The translations under genes and the position numbers were made by a program. From the NCBI GenBank assembly GCA_963809785.1, contig CAWEKV010000002.1:1006689-1070688 (forward strand): 64,000 nt of DNA, given 5' to 3'. Positions 10,901 to 17,558 of the stretch are shown here, piece after piece (within the stretch, counting starts at the first letter, position 1; each line of letters opens with the position of its first letter). The stretch comes from an uncultured Planctomycetia bacterium (GTDB taxonomy: Bacteria > Planctomycetota > Planctomycetia > Pirellulales > S012-138). Under the pieces are notes generated by a model. The model did no database searches. It was given only the letters and a program-made list of their open reading frames with translations, and had not been told where the DNA came from.

Positions 10901-11483
10901 CCCCTTGGGTAGGCGCCGGTCCCTTCGGTGGGGAAGCCGCGGGGGGTTGCTTCGACGCGAAGCTGCCACCGTGGCAAGGACAAGTCGCCGGATTGATGTG
11001 GCAGGTGCAATTCACACTGGCTTCCGCCGGAGGCTTCCCCGGCTTAGCCTGCTCCGCCTGGCGGGGCGCCGCCTGCGAAGGCTTCGCCTGGGCGGTGGCT
11101 GGCGACGCCGGCGCCGCGGACGCGGACGCGGATGTCTGAGGGGCCGTCGCCTGCGCCGGTTTGGCCTGCGGCGGTTTTGTCTGTTGCGGTTCGCGGCGGC
11201 TCAAGACAGGCTTGGCCGTGTTCACCTGCCGAGGAGTCGAGCTGGGCTGCTGGGTTTGGCCCCGGTGGGCCAGGCAAGTCGCCGGATCAACGTGGCAGGT
11301 GCACTTCACCTGAGCTTCTGCCATCGCGGCGTTGGCAGGACGTTGGGGCTGCGAGCCGGAATTGCCCGCCACCACCATGGCGGCCGCCAAGATGACGGCC
11401 CCGCCCAGCAGGGCTGGCACGGCGGCGAGCCGCAGCCGAGCCGCTGTGCCGCTTCGGCGACTTGTTTTCGGTACCCCGCCCAT
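7937..11483 (-). CDS. Outer-membrane beta-barrel transporter (FapF/COG4313-like) with very long Pro/Ala/Gln-rich repetitive N-terminal extension (several frameshifts; ~1180 aa if joined)
   Basis: C-terminal ~270 aa: LLDPGEYEFDITLQY, GIGDVSAGL, APTG, ALGEGFW, ends VSWTY. Overlapping ORFs 10005-11519, 10001-10969, 9460-9984 and 7937-9610 continue the same repeat types across frame changes. Hydrophobic segment near the N-terminus. Confidence 0.75.
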
Positions 11484-11658
11484 CACATTGCTCCTACGGT
11501 CGTACCCTGGTCCGTGCACGGTTGAAGTTCGTCGAACGGGAAGCTCAACGGTCCGGATACAGGGCCGCCTCGAACGTGGTCGCCCGGCTGTGGGGGCCTA
11601 GGCGTGTTTACTTGGCCCAATACGGGTCTTTAGGTTGGCTACGCTCTTCAGCTCTCGT

Positions 11659-12888
11659 CTAGTAGGTCAATCCGGCGCTCACGGACACGCCCAGCAGGTT
11701 CAGATCGCCGTCGTGGGCATCAGCCGTGGCGTCTACGCGGCCGCCGAACGCGGGCGCACCACCCTGCAGGAAGGCGAACGAACCGGTTTGGGCCACGAGA
11801 TCGCCCGTATTCCAGTGCTGGTACTCCACCACGCCGCGGAGGAACACCGTCGCGGGCAGGCAGCACAGGCAATGTTCATACATCAGGCCCGCTTGGACCT
11901 CCCCGATGAACAGGTCCTGCTGCTCTTTGCCGGCGAAGGCCTCGTCGCGGGAATGCGCGGAAGCCTGTCCGAGGGGCTGAACAGTCACGGCGTTCGCGTC
12001 GGTCAACGCGTAGGCCACCGTGTCGGCCCACAACACGGAGCCGCGGAAGTTCCAGAAGAAGCTCCAGCCGCAGAAGCAGCACAGCGGCTTGGCGCCGCCG
12101 ACGGCGAACGTGAAGCCCGAGCCCTCGACTTCGTGAGCGCCCAGGGCCAGACCGACCAGGTCCACGTCGTTGCCCACGGTGCCGAAACCGACGACCGTGG
12201 AGGTGCGCTGCAGGCTGACGTAACGGCCGCCGAAGGAGGTGTAGATCCTCCAGCAACGGAAGCACATTTTCTGGGTCAGCTCGATATCGACCACATCGAG
12301 GTCCAGGTCAAACGCCGACACGCACGTGGGGACCTTGACCGGCACGGAGGGCTCGACCTCGACGCTGTCGCCGTCGAAGTGCCACCACGTCGCGCGGAAG
12401 CCCCAGCCGCAGCAGTGCAGTCCCAGCCAGGTCCGCACGCCGCAGCCGAAACCGGGGTCCGACTCGCATACGTGCAGCTCGTTCGTGACCAGGTCTTGAA
12501 GCACGACCTTTTGCGTCGGCTCGTCCAGCGGCGTGAGGAACGTCGCCTCAGCGCCTCCGAACACGCCGGCCTCGCAGCAGCAGCAGCAGCAGCCCCAAAT
12601 GTCGTCGCCGAAATTGCCCGAGAACTGGCCATCGCCGGGGCCATACTCCGCGGGGCCTACCGGATCGCCGCTGACCACCGTCTCGGGGGGCGGCGCCGGC
12701 GCCGGCTGCGTTTCGCGGACGCGGGTCGAGCTGAGCGCGGAGCGGACCGGGTAGATCGTCCCGCCCGAGTTTGCTTCACGGAGCGTCGGGCTTGATTGAG
12801 CCGGCCGATCCTGCGCGGGAGCAGTGCCCGCAAAGAGGCCCGCGATCAACAGACCACTGGCTGCGGCGGAAAGCCTTACCCATCGCAT
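11659..12888 (-). CDS. Cys-rich outer-membrane beta-barrel protein (planctomycete BBP7/Lpg1974-like)
   Basis: Signal peptide MRWVRLSAAASGLLIAGLFAGTAPA; GVFGGAEATFL, GVRTWLG, GWGFRATWW, LDVVDIEL, GGRY, EVQAGL.Y, GVVEYQHW; C-terminal aromatic GLTY; six-Cys run. Confidence 0.75.
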   Translation of the reverse strand: MRWVRLSAAASGLLIAGLFAGTAPAQDRPAQSSPTLREANSGGTIYPVRSALSSTRVRETQPAPAPPPETVVSGDPVGPAEYGPGDGQFSGNFGDDIWGCCCCCCEAGVFGGAEATFLTPLDEPTQKVVLQDLVTNELHVCESDPGFGCGVRTWLGLHCCGWGFRATWWHFDGDSVEVEPSVPVKVPTCVSAFDLDLDVVDIELTQKMCFRCWRIYTSFGGRYVSLQRTSTVVGFGTVGNDVDLVGLALGAHEVEGSGFTFAVGGAKPLCCFCGWSFFWNFRGSVLWADTVAYALTDANAVTVQPLGQASAHSRDEAFAGKEQQDLFIGEVQAGLMYEHCLCCLPATVFLRGVVEYQHWNTGDLVAQTGSFAFLQGGAPAFGGRVDATADAHDGDLNLLGVSVSAGLTY

Positions 12889-13322
12889 CGTATCGTCCCC
12901 CCAGGAATGCAGAAAAAAGGTGTCAGAACTAGCCGGCAGGCCGGAAGCCCCGAATCGCGTTGACCCAGCGGAATACGGGGTTCCTTCTGGGCATGCTCGG
13001 CGGGTGGATGCCTCGTTTGATCCCTGAGGAAGCTGCCGCGCAGCTAGCCAGGGCCAACTTTGCTCCTCAATTCGCCACATCGCAAGCGGCACTACCACTA
13101 CCACCTATCCGATGTAGTCATTGGTCCTTATCGGCTTGTCGCCTACGAGCACTAGAATCGTAGTTAAGCGGATTGGCGGTAACCCGCGAAGCCTGGGAAC
13201 CACCCGAAGGTTGAGCACGGCCGCCATTCCCGCGGGCCAGCGTTAGCAGCGGCAACGCCGGGTGCCGAACGCAAAGAGCGATAAAGCGTTGCAATGAGAT
13301 GCAAGCGCTCGATCGGGTGCGC

Positions 13323-13359
13323 AAAGAAAAGACCTCTTGTTCCGTAGAACAGAGGTCTT
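13323..13359 (-). terminator. Intrinsic terminator of paralogue 1
   Basis: aagacctcttgttc-cgta-gaacagaggtctt hairpin with an A-tract on the left (U-tract on the minus strand). Confidence 0.75.
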
Positions 13360-13407
13360 GATTCGTCGGTGTGCGGTCGGCCAGGAGCGCCGCTGTCTTG
13401 GGCGGCC

Positions 13408-13827
13408 CTAGTTGGAGCCAGCCAGGCCGAAGCCGCCGGCGCCGCCGATCAGGAAGCCGCTGAACACGGCGGTGCTCGGGAAAACGACGAACAGTTGCAA
13501 GCCCACGATCGAGTTGGTCTGGTGGAAGGCGATGGGATCCAAGACGCCAGCGATCTCGCCCGTGGCGATCGCGATGTTCGCATCCGAGGCGAACACAAAG
13601 TTCTTCGTGTCCGGCGTGAGCAGCAGGCCGCTCACAACGCTACGGCCGCTGGTGAACACGTTGCCGCTGCGGCCGCGAACCTGCATGCCGATCTCGTCGG
13701 AGACCGTTTCCATGCGGGACAAGCCGACCTGGGCCAGCACCGATTTGGGCACTTGGCCGTCGGCCCCGAAGGCCTCGGTGCCCAGCGCGAACCCAAGCAG
13801 GGCGACCACAGAAAACACGTACTTCAT
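13408..13827 (-). CDS. Secreted beta-rich small protein, paralogue 1 (139 aa)
   Basis: Signal peptide, then DGQVP..VL..VGL..M..VSD..GMQVRG pro-region and LLTPDTKNFV shared with paralogues 2-5. GGAG RBS. Confidence 0.85.
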   Translation of the reverse strand: MKYVFSVVALLGFALGTEAFGADGQVPKSVLAQVGLSRMETVSDEIGMQVRGRSGNVFTSGRSVVSGLLLTPDTKNFVFASDANIAIATGEIAGVLDPIAFHQTNSIVGLQLFVVFPSTAVFSGFLIGGAGGFGLAGSN

Positions 13828-14394
13828 GACAATCTTCTCCAGTTTGGAGGTGCGAAAGAGCCTCAGCCAAGGACACAACTGTTGGCTCAGCCAGGGGGGT
13901 AAATTACAGGCTAATTGGGGCCACTAGCCTGTCAAGATACGCAGTTCAGAATAACTGCGTAGAATGACGAGATCTTTCGCGGTTTCTACCGGCGCCTCTC
14001 GCCAGAATCTCACCCTCGGGCGGCTTCGTGGCTCCAGTGGCGGGCTCAAACCGCCGGGCCTACCGGGCGCAATCGTCCGCAACTCAAGGCGGATCAAGCT
14101 GTACCACAGGGGGCCGCGCCGTGGGGCCATTCCGGCGATCTCCGCATCAAGCGGTCGGAAGGAATGGCTGGTTCCGAGACGTTGGTGAAAGAAAATGGAG
14201 ACAGCGCATAGTTAGATTGAAAAGAATACGCAGATTGGACAATTTGTCGTTGACACACCTGGGTTGCCAATTACGCTCGAAATGTGCCTCGTATGTTCTG
14301 CACGTCTTCGCCCACCTGTTCCTTCTCTTCGCGTTCTAAGCTCTGCAGGGCTTTGCGTTTGTTTTCCACTACCTTGTGTGTGAGGAGCTTTTTG

Positions 14395-14823
14395 ATGAAA
14401 AGTGCTCGCGTTCTTGTGGCAGTGTTCGCCTGTCTGATCGCCGCGCCGGCGATGGCTGACGACGGCCAGGTTCCCGCGACGACCCTCGAGGCGATTGGCC
14501 TGAGCCAGCTCCAGGTTGTCTCGGATGCCGAAGGCATGACCGTCCGCGGCATGTCGTCGGGCTTCGTGGCCGTTCGCGGCACCAGCCTGATCTTCGGCCA
14601 GTTGCTGACGCCCGACACGAAGAACTTCGTGGTCGCCAGCTCCATCAACGAAGTTGACGCCATTGGCGAAACGACCAACATCGGCATCCTGAGCGCTGCG
14701 AAGGACCACCTGGTGCTGATCGATCTGGCCTTGGCGGTCGTTAACCCGGATACCTCGACGTACTCGGGTCTCATCAGCGGCGTGGCGGCTGGCGTGGGCT
14801 CGGTCTCGGTGAGCCTGCCGTAG
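14395..14823 (+). CDS. Secreted beta-rich small protein, paralogue 2 (142 aa, subtype A)
   Basis: GAGGAG RBS; MKSARVLVAVFACLIAAPAMA-DDGQVP...VVSDAEGMTVRG-; ends VSLP. Confidence 0.88.
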   Translation: MKSARVLVAVFACLIAAPAMADDGQVPATTLEAIGLSQLQVVSDAEGMTVRGMSSGFVAVRGTSLIFGQLLTPDTKNFVVASSINEVDAIGETTNIGILSAAKDHLVLIDLALAVVNPDTSTYSGLISGVAAGVGSVSVSLP

Positions 14824-14877
14824 TTTGCAAGGGTCGTCGGACCCTTGTCCATCTCTTGAAGCTGGCAAAAGCCGTTT

Positions 14878-14917
14878 GACCTCCTGTTCGTTCGCGAACA
14901 GGAGGTCTTTTCTTTTT
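14878..14917 (+). terminator. Intrinsic terminator
   Basis: gacctcctgttcg-ttcg-cgaacaggaggtc followed by a T-rich tract. Confidence 0.85.
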
Positions 14918-15295
14918 CTGGGAAGGCGCAGGGCGCCAGTGTTTATCTAAATTCTCTATTTTATCTATCTTAAACATGGGCCGACTGCGAAGCGTGCGTG
15001 ACCTCTAACCCACGACGCTGCCTTTCTTTTGCATTCCTCTGGCTGGCCTCTTGACAGCTATCTATTGTCCGATAAAACCTCCTCAACTTCTCCATTGTCT
15101 GCATTTTTTCTAGATCTGTCCGTTCTTGGATGGTCTCGGATCGGCAGCTAGTGGAGAAGCGCTGCTCAGCTGTCTCTCGGGGCGCGGAGCCTTGGCGGTC
15201 AGTGCGCCACGCTACCAAGAGCGCAGTCGAGAAGCGGAAGGACAGCGGTACGTTGTTCCGTTCCTTTTCGTCCCCTCGTTTCCAGGAGCTTTGAA

Positions 15296-15724
15296 ATGAA
15301 GTCGTTCGTAATGTTGGTAGCTGTGCTGGCGGCTTTGACCGCCGCGCCGGCGGTTGCTGACGATGGGCAGGTCCCGCAAGGCACGCTCCGGGCCCTGGGC
15401 CTGGGCGGGATCCAAGTCGTCTCCGATAGCCAGGGCATGCAAGTCCGTGGTCGTCAGTCGGCATTCGTTTCCGTGAGCGGCACGAGCCTGATTTTTGGTC
15501 AGTTGAATGCGGGGGGCGGCAACTTTGTTGTGGCTAGCTCGGTGAACTCCGTCAGGAACAACGGGTCGAGCACGGCAAGCGGCCAGGTGACGGCCACCGG
15601 CACCCATCTTGCGCTACTCGCGGGCGTGACCCTCAACGTCACCTTCCCCGACACAACGACCTTCGCTGGCACGATCAATGGCGTCGCGCTTGGCACGGGC
15701 ACAGCCTCGGTCAACCTCCCGTAA
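15296..15724 (+). CDS. Secreted beta-rich small protein, paralogue 3 (142 aa, subtype B)
   Basis: AGGAG RBS; APAVA-DDGQVP...VVSDSQGMQVRG-RQSAF; ends VNLP. Confidence 0.88.
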   Translation: MKSFVMLVAVLAALTAAPAVADDGQVPQGTLRALGLGGIQVVSDSQGMQVRGRQSAFVSVSGTSLIFGQLNAGGGNFVVASSVNSVRNNGSSTASGQVTATGTHLALLAGVTLNVTFPDTTTFAGTINGVALGTGTASVNLP

Positions 15725-15951
15725 AGCGTAGATGACAGTAGATCAGGACAACCGAACCGGCTCTTGCCAGCTTCAAGAACAAGCGCCAGGTTCCGCTGGT
15801 CCCAGAGTTCCTATTGATCCCTGAGTTCTTTGTGGGTCCTTGGTGCTTGGCGGTGCAAGGTGCCCCGTTCCTTCCCGGAGCGGTCCGAAATCGCGGAAGG
15901 ACAGCAAGTACGTTGTTCGTTCCTTATCGTCCCTCGAGTAGGAGTCCTGAG

Positions 15952-16380
15952 ATGAAGTCGCTTCTGATGTTGTTGGCGGTAGTGGCCGCTTTGACCGCCA
16001 CCCCGGCGGTTGCTGACGATGGCCGGGTTCCCGGTGCGACCCTCCGGTCACTGGGTCTGGGCAGCATGCAGGTTGTCTCCGACGCCCAGGGCATGCAAGT
16101 CCGTGGACGGCAGTCGGCATTTGTCGCGGTTAATGGAACTAGCCTAGCCTTCGGGCAATTGGTGGCGCCGGGCGGCAACTTTGTTGTGGCTAGCTCGGTC
16201 AACTCCGCCCAGAATAACGGAGAGACCACCGCGAGTGGCATGATCACGGCGACCGCGACGCACTCAGTGACGCTGGCTGGCGTCACGCTGAACGTTACCT
16301 TCCCCGATACCACGACCTTCATTGGCGCTCTCGCCGCGGTCGCCAGCGGGACGGGGACGGCTACCGTCAACCTCCCGTAG
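15952..16380 (+). CDS. Secreted beta-rich small protein, paralogue 4 (142 aa, subtype B)
   Basis: AGGAG RBS; TPAVA-DDGRVP...VVSDAQGMQVRG-RQSAF; ends VNLP. 5' UTR resembles that of paralogue 3. Confidence 0.88.
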   Translation: MKSLLMLLAVVAALTATPAVADDGRVPGATLRSLGLGSMQVVSDAQGMQVRGRQSAFVAVNGTSLAFGQLVAPGGNFVVASSVNSAQNNGETTASGMITATATHSVTLAGVTLNVTFPDTTTFIGALAAVASGTGTATVNLP

Positions 16381-16455
16381 CACGCAGTATTTCTGGATTT
16401 CTGGACAACCAACCGGCTTTTGCCAGCTTCAAGACATCAGATGGTTCGGTTGTCG

Positions 16456-16483
16456 CCCTGTTCTTCGGAACAGGGTTTTTTTT
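16456..16483 (+). terminator. Intrinsic terminator
   Basis: ccctgttc-ttcg-gaacaggg followed by T8. Confidence 0.85.
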
Positions 16484-16856
16484 GCGCACGTTCGCACCCA
16501 ACCGCGACGAAACCGGCCCACAAGCGCGGTTGAGGAGCTACGATCGCCCCGGCGCGTGGCCGCATTTCGACCCGCGCGAGGGCGGGGTGGTCTGCAATCC
16601 GCCTCTTCACCGCTGGAATCCTCGCGGGGGGGAAAAATTGCGGAATTCTTCAGCCCGGCTATTGACGACGGGAGTGCCGCAAATCAGACTCGCCGCATCA
16701 AACTACCTATATTGCTCATTTTATCTAAGTTTACTGTCACACCCGCGTGCTCTCGTTCCCTGCAGACGGCGGCATCTCTCGGCAACAGAGGCGACGGGCC
16801 GGGCAAAAAGTGCGTTTGTTTTGTTTCCGTTTCGTTCCCTCCAGAGGAGTGTCGTG

Positions 16857-17285
16857 ATGAAGGCTCTCGTGATGTTGGTCGCCGTGTTCGCCGCTTTGGC
16901 CGCCGCCCCGGCCGTTGCTGACGATCGGCAAGTTCCTCAGTCCAGCCTGCGTGCCCTGGGCTTGGGCGGTATGCAGGTCGTCTCCGACGACTACGGCAGT
17001 CAAGTCCGCGGTCGGTCGTCGGCCTTCGTGAGGGTGGTTGGCACAAGCCTGATCTTCGGCCAGTTGCTCACGCCGGACACGAAGAACTTCGTGGTCGGTA
17101 GCTCGGTCAACGAGGTCGATGGCGTCGGCGAAACCACCAACGTGGGTACCCTCAGCGCGGCCAAGACCCACGGCGTCACCCTGGCGCTGACATTGAACGT
17201 TACTTTCCCGGACACCACGACCTATGCCGGCGTCATTGTTGGCGTGGCGGGTGGTGCGGGCGCGGTCTCGGTCAACCTTCCGTAG
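16857..17285 (+). CDS. Secreted beta-rich small protein, paralogue 5 (142 aa, subtype A)
   Basis: GAGGAG RBS; APAVA-DDRQVP...VVSDDYGSQVRG-RSSAF; LLTPDTKNFVV; ends VNLP. Confidence 0.88.
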   Translation: MKALVMLVAVFAALAAAPAVADDRQVPQSSLRALGLGGMQVVSDDYGSQVRGRSSAFVRVVGTSLIFGQLLTPDTKNFVVGSSVNEVDGVGETTNVGTLSAAKTHGVTLALTLNVTFPDTTTYAGVIVGVAGGAGAVSVNLP

Positions 17286-17324
17286 CGATGTCTTGAAGCT
17301 GGCAAAAGCCAGTTGTTAAACGCA

Positions 17325-17363
17325 GCCCGCCTGTTCCTCCGGAACAGGCGGGCGTCTTTTTTT
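17325..17363 (+). terminator. Intrinsic terminator
   Basis: gcccgcctgttcc-tcc-ggaacaggcgggc followed by a T-tract. Confidence 0.85.
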
Positions 17364-17369
17364 GTCAAC

Positions 17370-17558
17370 ACGTGTGGGGCACGTTTCCAAACGTGCCCGA
17401 AAGTTGCGTTCTCTTGTTCCCACGCTCTGCGTGGGAACATCGGCGCCGCCGCTCTGCGGCGCGGCATAACGCGCGCGCCGCGCCGCAGAGCGGCACAGCT
17501 CCCGTTCCCACGCAGAGCGTGGGAACGAGGCGTCCTCTCGCGGAGCGAGAGGCGACTA
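17370..17558. repeat. Cluster of REP-like palindromes
   Basis: ggggcacgtttccaaacgtgccc (also at 62529-62590); gttcccacgctctgcgtgggaac and its inverse gttcccacgcagagcgtgggaac; ctctcgcggagcgagag. Confidence 0.8.

Noticed and set aside
13251-13267. Sigma-54-like GGCAC...TTGC upstream of the barrel genes
   Set aside because: GG-to-GC spacing is 11 rather than the required 10 nt.
13408-17285. Five paralogues as class II bacteriocin/RiPP precursors exported by a peptidase-containing ABC transporter
   Set aside because: They carry Sec signal peptides ahead of the leader, the C39 is stand-alone, and no ABC transporter, modification or immunity gene is adjacent. Not fully excluded, but less consistent than a Fap-like route.
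14395-17363. Paralogue array as integron cassettes or a DGR target set
   Set aside because: No attC-like GTTRRRY/RYYYAAC structure, integrase or reverse transcriptase; each gene has its own RBS and long upstream spacer.
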